Source of the DNA: Alphaproteobacteria bacterium
GTDB taxonomy: Bacteria; Pseudomonadota; Alphaproteobacteria; CALKHQ01
Assembly: GCA_965227515.1 (NCBI GenBank)
Contig: CBDDFZ010000001.1
Location: 3,392,001-3,456,000 of the forward strand
DNA: 64,000 nt
Direction of reading: 5' to 3'
The position numbers were made by a program, and so were the translations under genes. Positions 33,917 to 43,281 of the stretch are shown piece after piece; within the stretch, counting starts at the first letter, position 1, and each line of letters opens with the position of its first letter. The notes beneath the pieces were generated by a model, which was not told the DNA's origin, did not search any database, and saw only the letters and a list, made by a program, of their open reading frames with translations.

Positions 33917-34657
33917 TCAGGCTTGCGCGGCCTCATCCAGCGCGCGGCGCAGGCCGGCAACGCACGCCGGGTCCACGGCCCTGAGCCCGGCCGGCGGCAC
34001 GAATCCAAGCGCGAGTTCCGGTCCGTCACCCGCCCCTGGCGGCACCATCCGGTGGCAGGAGGCATGCACCTCGTCAACGCCGGTGGCACGCACGATGTCG
34101 ACCACATTGTCGGGCTCGATGCCGGCGCCGGCCATGATCGAGATCTTGCCGGCCGCCGCCGCGACGGTCTCGGTCAGCCGCGCCATCCCCTCAGGAACCG
34201 ATGGCGCCTGGCCAGAGGTCAGGATGCGGGCGATGCCGGCTTCGATGGCGTCGGCAACGCCCTGCCGGAAATCCGGGATCACATCGAACGCCCGGTGCAG
34301 GGTCGCCGGCAACCCGGCCCGGCCGACCAGTTCTGCCAGGAACGCGCGGTCCAGGCGACGGTCCGGCGTCAGCACGCCGACGACGATCCCGGCCATGCCC
34401 GCACCGGCAGCGGCTTCGGCGTCGCGCAGCATCATCGCCTTCTCTTCGGGGGAGAACACGAACCCGCCGCCGCGCGGGCGCATCATCGCCATCGCCGGCA
34501 CCGGCAGGCGCGCCACAGCTTCCATCAGGGCGACCGGCGGCGTCAGGCCATCCTCGCTGAGTGCCGCACACAGTTCGATGCGATCGGCCCCGTTATCGGC
34601 GGCGATATGCGCGCCCTCGATGGTGTCGACGCAGATGTCCAGCGGGATGTGCTTCAT
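33917..34657 (-). CDS. cutC: CutC family protein
   Basis: GADRIELC, MRPRGGGF, TLHRAFD, RILTSG. Confidence 0.92.
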   Translation of the reverse strand: MKHIPLDICVDTIEGAHIAADNGADRIELCAALSEDGLTPPVALMEAVARLPVPAMAMMRPRGGGFVFSPEEKAMMLRDAEAAAGAGMAGIVVGVLTPDRRLDRAFLAELVGRAGLPATLHRAFDVIPDFRQGVADAIEAGIARILTSGQAPSVPEGMARLTETVAAAAGKISIMAGAGIEPDNVVDIVRATGVDEVHASCHRMVPPGAGDGPELALGFVPPAGLRAVDPACVAGLRRALDEAAQA

Positions 34658-34664
34658 GGTCGCC

Positions 34665-35516
34665 CTACTTCTCGTCCGATTGTGGGTCTGCCGCGTCCTG
34701 CGCATCGGCGTCGGCGCCCGGCGGCTGGTCTTCGATCAACCCGGTTTGCGGCGGCGCGGTCGGCCGGTCCCATTCCTTCAGCGGGCCAGGCTCGCCGCCG
34801 GCCATGGAGCCGCCCGGCGGCACTGTCGGCTGCGCCTGCTCTTCGGCGGATCGCATGTCCTCCGGGGTCACCATGCCGCCGGAGACCACCATCTTGATGC
34901 CCTCCTCCACCGTCATGCTGAGGTACACCAGCTCGGTTTCCGGGATGAACAGCAGGTACCCCGACGTCGGGTTCGGTGTCGTCGGCAGGAAGACGTTGAC
35001 CATGCGGTCGGCGGTCTGGTTCTGGATTTCGCCCTCGGTCACGCCGGTGATGAAGCCCAGCGCCCAACTCCCGCGGCGCGGATACTCGAACAGGACCACC
35101 TGACGGAAGGAGTCGTTCTGGCCCTTGAACACCATCTCGAACACTTGCTTCAGGAAGCTGTAGACCGAGCGTACGATGGGCATACGGGCCAGCAGCGACT
35201 CGTACGTACGCACGAACATGCGGCCGATGAAGCCGGTGGTCATTGCGCCGATCAGGGTGATGCCGATCAGCACCACGATGACGCCGACGCCGGGCACCGT
35301 GATCGGCAGGTACTGGTTGGGCACCCACTCCGGCGGCAACAGGTTCGTGACCGTCTCGTCGATCCACTCGACGATGCCCAGAACCAGCCAGACGGTGATG
35401 GCGATCGGCGCGCTGATCAGCACGCCGGCGATGAACCACCGGCGCAGGCGCGCCAGCACGCCTGTGCGGTGGCGGCGCTCCTTCCTCGGCGGCGGCCGAT
35501 AAGTACGGGCGTTCAT
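34665..35516 (-). CDS. DUF502 membrane protein
   Basis: Two N-terminal TM segments, EYPRRG, VFLPTTPNPTSG, VVSGG. Confidence 0.88.
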   Translation of the reverse strand: MNARTYRPPPRKERRHRTGVLARLRRWFIAGVLISAPIAITVWLVLGIVEWIDETVTNLLPPEWVPNQYLPITVPGVGVIVVLIGITLIGAMTTGFIGRMFVRTYESLLARMPIVRSVYSFLKQVFEMVFKGQNDSFRQVVLFEYPRRGSWALGFITGVTEGEIQNQTADRMVNVFLPTTPNPTSGYLLFIPETELVYLSMTVEEGIKMVVSGGMVTPEDMRSAEEQAQPTVPPGGSMAGGEPGPLKEWDRPTAPPQTGLIEDQPPGADADAQDAADPQSDEK

Positions 35517-35664
35517 TGCCCCCTGGCGTTGCTGCGGGTCACGCGTACACCCCTTGCCCGGACGATCAGCCCATCATGATGCCGGAATTCGTCGGGATTG
35601 TATTGGGCATTCGCACCCGTGGCACGGAGTAGCGCTCACGCCACCAGCACCCCCGGACCCTACC

Positions 35665-38600
35665 TCAGCCGACAGCCCCGATGTCGTGGATGACGCCGGC
35701 GCTGACACGGCGGATCAACTCATAGAACCGTGACAGCGGGTCGAAGATGGTCCGGTGTTCGCGCAGATAGGATTGCGCCTGCTCGGTCTCGTATGTCGCC
35801 GGCTCGCCGAACCCCTCTTGCACGTCGCCGGCATCGGTCTGCGGGAAGATCATGTTGAGGGAGTCGATCACGTGGGCGACGTCCAGATGCAGCACGTGGG
35901 TGATCAAGGTGTCGCGGTCGACGTCGTGCTGGATGCTGAAATCGGGGATGTGCATGGCCAGCACGTAGACTTGCTGGATCAGTGCGATCCTGATGGCGTG
36001 CAGCAGTTTCAGGTTGGAGCGCTTCTCGGCGGACACCAGGGCATGTCCGGCCGGCACCACCGTCTCGGCGCGCAACGCACGCAACGCATCGTCCAGGTCG
36101 CTGCAGTCGCGCCGCAGCTTGCGGAAGATGCGGACCAGCCGGGCGTGAATGTCCAGCCGTTCCAGATGCGCCACAAGCTGGCGGATTGCCTCGCGCCGTT
36201 CGCGGTCGGGTTCCCGGCTGCCGCGCAACAGCCACAGGCCGGGATCGAGGGTGTCGATATAGGCCTTCAGCACATCCAGGTCGGAGAACGCGCGCGCATA
36301 TTCCACCATGCCCAGCAGGCGGCGGAACCGCGGCGAGTCCGCATAGAGCGCGCGAAAGCCCGCCGGGTCGCCACGCACCGCGCGCCCCAGGCCGCCGACC
36401 GTGTTCGCCAGCAGGCCCATCTGCTGCAGGATGGCATTGTGCGGGATCGCCCTGATCTGGGAAGGGTGTAGCCCGCCGCCATCCTCGCCATAGTCGTGCT
36501 GGCGCCGGAACGCGCGGCTGCCGGTCTTGTGCAACAGGTTGGGGCCGAACGCGCCGAGCAGCGCGGCATAGTTCGGATCGTCCATCACTTCGGCATTGAA
36601 GTGCTGCACGCCGCTGAAGAACTCCTCGACCCCGGCGGGGTCGGCATAGAACGGGTCGCCCCCTTCGCCGTTATCGCCGTTCTCCGCCGCCTTCTCCTCG
36701 CCCGGCGGCAACGGGCCTAGCGCGTGCTCCAGCACACGGGTGACAGAGGCGAACGCCATCTCCGGCGTGATGAAATAGAGGTACCCGTCGCCGCCCTGGA
36801 AGCTGGACTCCTGCTTCAGCTCGACGCCGTCCTCTTGCAGACCCGCGCGCACGGCGGGCGAGCAGATGTAGTTCAGGCGGTCGACGAAGCTGGCCGGATG
36901 GCCGCCACGGCCGATCGACTCCCCGTGGGTGTTGAACACCACCAGCTGCACCTCGGCGAGATCGGGGGCCGTCAGCAGCGCGCCGACACGGCGCTGCAAC
37001 CGCTCGATCGCCACCGCTGAAGCGGTCTGGCCGAGATACCGCCCCGCATCCGAGAAACCGGTCTGGATGCACAGCCGGCGCGTCTTGCGGACGTAGTCGC
37101 GGTAATGCGGCTGGTCCAGCAGATCGGCGATCACCTGGTCGCCCCGCCGCAGCGCGGTCTCGGTCTCGAACAGCGGCGAAATTTCGATCCGGTCCTCTAT
37201 GCCGAACAGCCGCGCGTAGTACAGCGCCACCAGCACGGTGAAGGGCGTATCGCACTCGGCGATCAGGAAGCGCACCGGCTGGCTGTGGTCGATGTACTTC
37301 AGCATTTGCGCGACCACCATGAACAGGCGCTTGGCCGACGCCCGTTCCGCGATCAGCGAGCCGAAGTTGATCGACACCGGCTCCACCTCGTCGATCAGGC
37401 CGTTAATGGCAACCAGATAGCGGTTGCGGCTGGTCGGATCGTCGGGCGCGGAGTCCATGCCGATCTGCTTGCGGACCGCATTGTGGAGCTGGCTTGCGTT
37501 CAGGCGCACATGGGTGCCGGCAAGCCCCAGCCCCTGGTTGGCCACCTCGGCGCGCAGCACACACAGGTCGCGCGCGCCCTCGTCGGTGCGCATCTGGCCG
37601 ATGGCGCGGTTGATCAGGTCGATCACCTCGCCGGTGTCGACCACGCGCTGTGGCAAGTGGGCATACATGCGGCTGGACAACGCCTTGATCCGGTCGGTCT
37701 CGTCGCCATCGTGGTCGTCGCTAGCGGCGGCAAAGCCGGCGATCTCGTCCTCGACCTGACGCAGCGTCAGCACCAGGCGGCTTTCCACCAGCTCCAGTGT
37801 GCGGCGCAGGTCCTCGTCGCGCGGCGCGCGCGCGTGGGTTTCGATCATGTCTGACACCGCGGCCGCATGGTGGCGCAACTGCGCCGCCTGCACGATCAGC
37901 CGCTTCTGGAACGTCTGCCACCACCCGATATCGGCGCGACCGTCCAGGTCATAGCCGACCCAGCTTGCAATGGTGATCAGCCGGGGGTCGATATGGCGCC
38001 AGTTCTGCGGATAGAGCCGTGCCGCGATCTCGAAGACGATGCCGTAGACCCGGCTGAGCGCGGCCCGGGCATGGCTGATCGCCAGCATCGAGAGTTCGTG
38101 CTCGCGATCGAGGGTCAGCGTCGGCTCCGGGCTGTGATCGGCATCCATCGCCATGCGCAGGCGCGCATCGATATCGTCACCGCCCATCGGCCGGCCGTCG
38201 CCGACGCTGCCCACCGCCAGTTCCGCCAGCGCGCGCAACAACGGCTCCGGTGTCGAGAATGTCGGGTGGGCTGTGAACACGATGCCGAACAACGCCTGCT
38301 CGATGGTGTGCTTGAAGGTCTCGAACGGCGCCTGCACCCGCGCCCCGTCCTGCCCGGTTTCCCATGCCAGATCTTCGACCAGCGTGCGCAGACGCTCGGC
38401 ATTACGCGTGGTGTCGGTTTCGCCGACATAAGCACCCAGCCGTTCGGCCCGAATGACATAGGCCTCGGCACTGAGTTCCTGGATCAGTTGCTCGATGGCG
38501 GCGTATTTCAGCTCCCCGGCATCCAGCCGCCGACCCAGTTCCAGGGCCACGCGCTGGATAGGATTGCTGTAGGGGTCGTCGGCCGCCGCCTCCTCGAAGC

Positions 38601-38856
38601 GGGTATGCATCGCCGTGACGTCGGCCAGCAGGTCGCGCGCGGCGGCTGTGTCGGAATCCGCGAAGCAGCGCTTCTCGGGCGGCAGGAAGGGTGTCGTCCG
38701 CGCTGCCACCAGCGCGCGAAACCGGTCCATCAACGGCGGGGCATCGGCCTCGGCATCGCCCGCATCGGCAGGCGCACCCGCCGGTCCGGCGCTTGCGACC
38801 GCCTCGCCCGTCGCCGCCTCTTCATGCGTCACCGTATCCGGTGCGTCTTCGTGCAT
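35665..38856 (-). CDS. ppc: Phosphoenolpyruvate carboxylase, divergent type
   Basis: VFTAHPT, SWVGYDLDGR, SPLFET, GFSD, HGESIGRGG, QGG, RAIP. Start taken at MHEDAP. Confidence 0.82.
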   Translation of the reverse strand: MHEDAPDTVTHEEAATGEAVASAGPAGAPADAGDAEADAPPLMDRFRALVAARTTPFLPPEKRCFADSDTAAARDLLADVTAMHTRFEEAAADDPYSNPIQRVALELGRRLDAGELKYAAIEQLIQELSAEAYVIRAERLGAYVGETDTTRNAERLRTLVEDLAWETGQDGARVQAPFETFKHTIEQALFGIVFTAHPTFSTPEPLLRALAELAVGSVGDGRPMGGDDIDARLRMAMDADHSPEPTLTLDREHELSMLAISHARAALSRVYGIVFEIAARLYPQNWRHIDPRLITIASWVGYDLDGRADIGWWQTFQKRLIVQAAQLRHHAAAVSDMIETHARAPRDEDLRRTLELVESRLVLTLRQVEDEIAGFAAASDDHDGDETDRIKALSSRMYAHLPQRVVDTGEVIDLINRAIGQMRTDEGARDLCVLRAEVANQGLGLAGTHVRLNASQLHNAVRKQIGMDSAPDDPTSRNRYLVAINGLIDEVEPVSINFGSLIAERASAKRLFMVVAQMLKYIDHSQPVRFLIAECDTPFTVLVALYYARLFGIEDRIEISPLFETETALRRGDQVIADLLDQPHYRDYVRKTRRLCIQTGFSDAGRYLGQTASAVAIERLQRRVGALLTAPDLAEVQLVVFNTHGESIGRGGHPASFVDRLNYICSPAVRAGLQEDGVELKQESSFQGGDGYLYFITPEMAFASVTRVLEHALGPLPPGEEKAAENGDNGEGGDPFYADPAGVEEFFSGVQHFNAEVMDDPNYAALLGAFGPNLLHKTGSRAFRRQHDYGEDGGGLHPSQIRAIPHNAILQQMGLLANTVGGLGRAVRGDPAGFRALYADSPRFRRLLGMVEYARAFSDLDVLKAYIDTLDPGLWLLRGSREPDRERREAIRQLVAHLERLDIHARLVRIFRKLRRDCSDLDDALRALRAETVVPAGHALVSAEKRSNLKLLHAIRIALIQQVYVLAMHIPDFSIQHDVDRDTLITHVLHLDVAHVIDSLNMIFPQTDAGDVQEGFGEPATYETEQAQSYLREHRTIFDPLSRFYELIRRVSAGVIHDIGAVG

Positions 38857-39059
38857 GGAATCCAGCTCCTCGTTCCCGGCACTGCTCAATACCGCACTGC
38901 TCAATAACCGGGCAGCAATCGTCATGCCACTCCGCAATGACCGCCAGCTGCGCAAGCCTTGGGTCTTCGGGCCGTTCAACTGACCTTAACCACAATCGGC
39001 GCCTAATGCGCCCGCCTCGCCCGCACGGGCCGCACCCCACCGCAGGAGAACGACGCGCC

Positions 39060-39836
39060 ATGAGCCTGAACGTGATCATGCCATGTGCCGGCAGCGGCAC
39101 CCGCCTCGGTCTGCCCTACCCCAAGGAAATCCACCTTGTGGCCCGGGACACTGCGCTGATGGATTTCAGTCTGTCGCTGTGCGAGGACGCCCGCGCCCTG
39201 GTCGGTTCCGTCAGCATCGTGCTGACGCCGGAGAAGGCCGATATCGTGCGCTACCTGGCCAAGTGGCGCGACCGGTTCAATTTCCGCTTCACGTTCTTCG
39301 ACCCGCAATACCACGAATGGGCCGGCAGCGTGCGCTCGGCAGCCCCGCTGTTCGGCGAGCGCAACGTGGTGCTGCTGCCGGACAGCGTGCTGCACCAGGC
39401 GCCCGACAACCCGGTTCTGGCGGCCATCGACCGTGGGCTGGACAGCCACGACGTCATGTTCGGCCACGTGGCCGAGACCGATCCGGCGCGCCTCTGTCGC
39501 CTGGGCGCCCTGCGTGTCGAGGACGGTCGGGTGACCGCGTTCTGCGACAAGCCGGACCGCGACCACGCACGCTTCAACGCGTTCTGGGGTACGTTCGCGT
39601 TCCGGCGCGCCGCGGCCGAGACCCTGCTGGACTTCATGACCCGCTCCATCCGCCGCGAGCCGGTGGACCTGGCCGATCTGGGGCTGTCGGTCGGCACCGT
39701 GCCGCTGGCCGGCTATGAGGACCTGGGCACCTGGCCCAGCCTGCACAACATCGGGCGCTTCTTTGGACCCAACCCGGAGCGCAATGCTACCCTTGGCGAC
39801 CTGCATGAAGATGCAAACGCCCGCGCATCTGCTTGA
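39060..39836 (+). CDS. Sugar-phosphate nucleotidyltransferase family protein
   Basis: IMPCAGSGTRLGLPYPKEI, DKP, YEDLGT; AGGAG RBS. Confidence 0.8.
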   Translation: MSLNVIMPCAGSGTRLGLPYPKEIHLVARDTALMDFSLSLCEDARALVGSVSIVLTPEKADIVRYLAKWRDRFNFRFTFFDPQYHEWAGSVRSAAPLFGERNVVLLPDSVLHQAPDNPVLAAIDRGLDSHDVMFGHVAETDPARLCRLGALRVEDGRVTAFCDKPDRDHARFNAFWGTFAFRRAAAETLLDFMTRSIRREPVDLADLGLSVGTVPLAGYEDLGTWPSLHNIGRFFGPNPERNATLGDLHEDANARASA

Positions 39837-40090
39837 GCGCAAACACATTTACATACGGTCATCTCGCCCGAATTGACCGCACTGCTGCCCTATTCTATCG
39901 GTAATCGAAGCTATATGTAGCCAACGCACGGCTACGACAGCGCGCGGCCAGAATGGCCCCGGCCGAACCGAACCCTTACGCCACGCCGGCAACAGCGCCG
40001 GATGGCCAGGAACCCGGGACAGGCCGGCGGCGAGTCGCGGCTGTTGGATGGATATAGGCGATTGGCTGCCCTCGGCCCGCGATGACAGGT

Positions 40091-42280
40091 ATGTACGACC
40101 CACCACCACCCTCCGTCTGGAGCACGAACCCCGCATTGCGCCTTGCGCGCCAGGTGTTCGGTGGGCCTGTGCTGCGCATTCCGCTGCCGAAGGCGCCCGA
40201 GCCGCGCCGTCTGTTGAATGCAACGTTCCTCTCGGGCTTCCTGCACCTGGTGCTGGCGGGCGGCGTGCTGTTCGCGTCGGTGTCGGGCGACCTGCTGGAA
40301 GGCAGCTCCAGCGGCGGCGTCGAGATCGTGATGGATGTCACGGGGCTTTCGACCAGTGTCGGCCCGCTCGCCGAGCGCGACATGGCCCCGCGTCCCGACG
40401 AAGGCGACACCTTGGCCGCGCCGCCGGCCGCCGACGACCCCGAGGTCGCCGAAGCCGACACGGCCATCCCGGACACGCCACCTCCCGACACTTTGGCAGC
40501 CGATACGCCGCCTGAACTGGCGGAGGCGGCACCCGACATCATCGACCCCGCAGATGCGCCGGAGGCCGCGCCGGACATCGCGCCGCCGGATGTGGCAGAG
40601 GTGGCCGAAGCCGCGCCTGAGTCGCCGCCGCCATCCATGCCCGACGCCCCGCAGGTGCCCGATGAAACGGCGCTGGCCGCCCTGGCGCCCGACCTGATCG
40701 CGGCCGCACCGCCGGCGCCGCAGGATGCGCCGGCTCCCGAGCCAGCGCCCGCACCGGCGGACGTGCCTTTGGCCGCCGCGCCCTCGCCGCCAACCGCGCC
40801 AACCGAGGACGCGCCGCAAATCGACCCGTTGCCGTCGATACCGCCGCCGCCCGCGCCCGCACCGGACGTCGCGGCCGTGCAACCGATCAGCACTGCGCCC
40901 ACGGCACCGCCGCAGGACACCCTGCCGGCCGACCTGCCGGTGCAACCGCTAGAACCCTTGGCCGAGGCACCGACACCGGACCCGACGCCAACGCCTCAGG
41001 TCGCCGAGGCCCCGCCGCCAACGCCAGAGCCGGCGCCAGAGCCGACTCCGGAGCCGGTTGAGCCGCCTGTGACGGCCGACGTGCCGGTTCCGCCAAGCCC
41101 GGACAGCATTCAGCCGCTGCCGGCCCCGCCCCCAACCGCGCTGACGGCATTCGAGGCGCCCGAAGCGCCAGCCGACGAGCAGCCGGAAGCGCCTGACGAG
41201 CCGTTGCAGCTCGCCGCGGCGGACGTGCCGCCGGTGGTGCCGGAGCCCGAATTGCTGGAGATACCGCGTGGCCTGGCCGGTCCGGAGCGCTTGCAGCCGG
41301 TCGCTCTGTCGCCGCTGCAGGATCCGGTGCCGCCACCGCCGGAAGTGGCCGAGACGCCGCCGGAACCCGAGCTGCCGGAGCCCGACGAGACGACGATGGA
41401 AGAATTGCTGGCGTCCCTGAATGCGCCGCCACCCCCGTCCGCGCCCGACCCGGAGGAACTCGATACCCCCATCGAAGAGACCCAGGAGATTCAACCTCCA
41501 GGCGTGGAGTCGGACCTGGGAGGGGCGCTGGCCGCCGCGCTGGGTGACATCTCCTGCGGTAGTCTCAATCCGCAGGCGACCGACGGCGAAATCCAGGTCA
41601 GCGAGGACGGCATCGTCAGCATTTCAGGGTTCGTGTCATCGGCCGAGGATCTGGACGCATTGCGCACCCGGGTGGCCGCCATTCCCCAGATCAACGGCAT
41701 GGACGAAAGCGGCGTCGTGGCTGTCGAGCCCGGGCTTTGCAGCGGGCTGATCCACTACGTCAATTCCGGCATTGCCGCTTCCGCCGACCCTGAGCTGCCG
41801 GAAGACTTCGACAACATGCCCGCCGAGTTGCAGGCGATCGTCTACAACCCATTGTTCGGGCAGGTAAATGGTGCACAAACCGAGGTCCAGCCCAGCCAGT
41901 ATCTGGACGTCTATTTCGAGACGCCAGACTACCCGGCCTACGCTTATGTCGACTTCTTTCGGGCCGATGGCACCGTGCTGCACATTCTGCCGAGCGAGAC
42001 GTGGCCGAACCACTTCTTCGAAGAGCCGAACCAGACCATCGAGATCACCGGCCAGGATCAAAGCGACGGTCAGGTGTTGGCGGGCGACGTGCTGGGCCAG
42101 GGTATGGTGGTCGCGCTGGTCACCAACCAGCCGGTGTTCCCATTCGGCAGTGTGCGGCCGTGGGAAGAGGACGCGGAATCCTATCTGGCGGCCCTGGACA
42201 TTGCCCTCGCCGAGGCCGAGCTGGTGGATACGTTCGAGTCCGAATACAGCTACGTCTTCATCCAGATCGGCAACCGGTAG
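40091..42280 (+). CDS. Membrane-anchored Pro/Ala/acidic-rich protein with a DUF4384-like C-terminus
   Basis: One N-terminal TM (FLSGFLHLVLAGGVLF), a long P/A/D/E low-complexity tract, then a globular region (YAYVDFFRADGTVLHILP). Confidence 0.75.
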   Translation: MYDPPPPSVWSTNPALRLARQVFGGPVLRIPLPKAPEPRRLLNATFLSGFLHLVLAGGVLFASVSGDLLEGSSSGGVEIVMDVTGLSTSVGPLAERDMAPRPDEGDTLAAPPAADDPEVAEADTAIPDTPPPDTLAADTPPELAEAAPDIIDPADAPEAAPDIAPPDVAEVAEAAPESPPPSMPDAPQVPDETALAALAPDLIAAAPPAPQDAPAPEPAPAPADVPLAAAPSPPTAPTEDAPQIDPLPSIPPPPAPAPDVAAVQPISTAPTAPPQDTLPADLPVQPLEPLAEAPTPDPTPTPQVAEAPPPTPEPAPEPTPEPVEPPVTADVPVPPSPDSIQPLPAPPPTALTAFEAPEAPADEQPEAPDEPLQLAAADVPPVVPEPELLEIPRGLAGPERLQPVALSPLQDPVPPPPEVAETPPEPELPEPDETTMEELLASLNAPPPPSAPDPEELDTPIEETQEIQPPGVESDLGGALAAALGDISCGSLNPQATDGEIQVSEDGIVSISGFVSSAEDLDALRTRVAAIPQINGMDESGVVAVEPGLCSGLIHYVNSGIAASADPELPEDFDNMPAELQAIVYNPLFGQVNGAQTEVQPSQYLDVYFETPDYPAYAYVDFFRADGTVLHILPSETWPNHFFEEPNQTIEITGQDQSDGQVLAGDVLGQGMVVALVTNQPVFPFGSVRPWEEDAESYLAALDIALAEAELVDTFESEYSYVFIQIGNR

Positions 42281-42393
42281 CCGCGCAGTTCGCCTGGCGA
42301 GGCCGGACCACGCGATGTCATGGCGAGGGCGTGCAATTCACGGCGCTGTCGCTTGCCCGCCGTAGAGCTGGCTAGCTCATGGCCAATAACGAT

Positions 42394-42430
42394 CGTCATG
42401 GCCGGGCTTGACCCGGCCATCCACGACTTT
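42394..42430. repeat. CGTC-tagged palindromic half repeat
   Basis: CGTCATGGCCGGGCTTGACCCGGCCATCCACGACTTT. Confidence 0.8.
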
Positions 42431-42542
42431 GGTCCGTAGATGGCAAGCCACGGATGCCACAGCACACGCGCTGCCATAACGCCGGTGGTTGGGGCTAACC
42501 GACCGCTTCTTGAAAGTCGGAAATGGGAGTTTGCCGGACCGC

Positions 42543-43046
42543 TTAGTTATGGATCCAGGTCTCGAACTCGTCGACGCTGCCCAGGAAGATGCCGACCATG
42601 TTCTCCATCGCGTCATAGCTGATGCCGCCATAGGCGCTCAGGTCCATGTCCATCACGATAAAATTGTCGGAGTCGATATAGGCGCGGGCAAACCGCCGCT
42701 CCACATTCCACTGGTTGATCAGGTCGAGATAGACCGGGTCACGGCCGGGCCGGAACGCGGCCATCATCAGGATGTCCTCGCACTCGCCGGCGGCATCGCA
42801 ATTGAAGAACAGCACCTGCCCGAAGTCGGCGATGAAGTTCTGGTCGGACATCAGTTCCAGATACGGATCGCCGTAGTCGTCGGTGGAGGCTTCTGAACGG
42901 ACGCCGTATGCCGAAAACGCACCGGCGACGTTGTTCGCGTTCAGCGACTCGGCCAACGCCTGGCTGGCAACGCCAAACACGGCGATGGCTGCGACGGGCG
43001 CAAGCGCCATGCGGGCGACCCGGGATATGGACGACGATACAGACAC
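42543..43046 (-). CDS. Secreted YbjN-domain protein
   Basis: Signal peptide, FFNC..C, INQWNVERRFARAYID. GTG start with GGGAG RBS. Confidence 0.78.
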   Translation of the reverse strand: MSVSSSISRVARMALAPVAAIAVFGVASQALAESLNANNVAGAFSAYGVRSEASTDDYGDPYLELMSDQNFIADFGQVLFFNCDAAGECEDILMMAAFRPGRDPVYLDLINQWNVERRFARAYIDSDNFIVMDMDLSAYGGISYDAMENMVGIFLGSVDEFETWIHN

Positions 43047-43281
43047 GGTGGACTCCCACTGCTTCGAAGGACATCGGCGCGAACCGGCAATCTGCCAAGA
43101 TTCGCGGCGTGTCACAATGGCCCCGGCTCGCGGCAGGCCGAAGCTATTGACCCCGCGTGCGGAACCATCGCATGCGACGGTCAGCGCCTACGTTCGGCGA
43201 TCTAACGTGGGAAGCGGTTGCGGCGAAAGCGTGGCAACACCCGCCGCGCCTGGATGCAGGACCCTCGGGCCAACCGCACAA

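Noticed and set aside
35619-35636. Sigma54 promoter TGGCACG
   Set aside because: GG-to-GC spacing is one base short and TTGC is absent.
35665-39836. Phosphonate biosynthesis (PEP enzyme plus nucleotidyltransferase)
   Set aside because: The large gene has PEP carboxylase motifs, not the PEP mutase EDKxxxxxNS motif.
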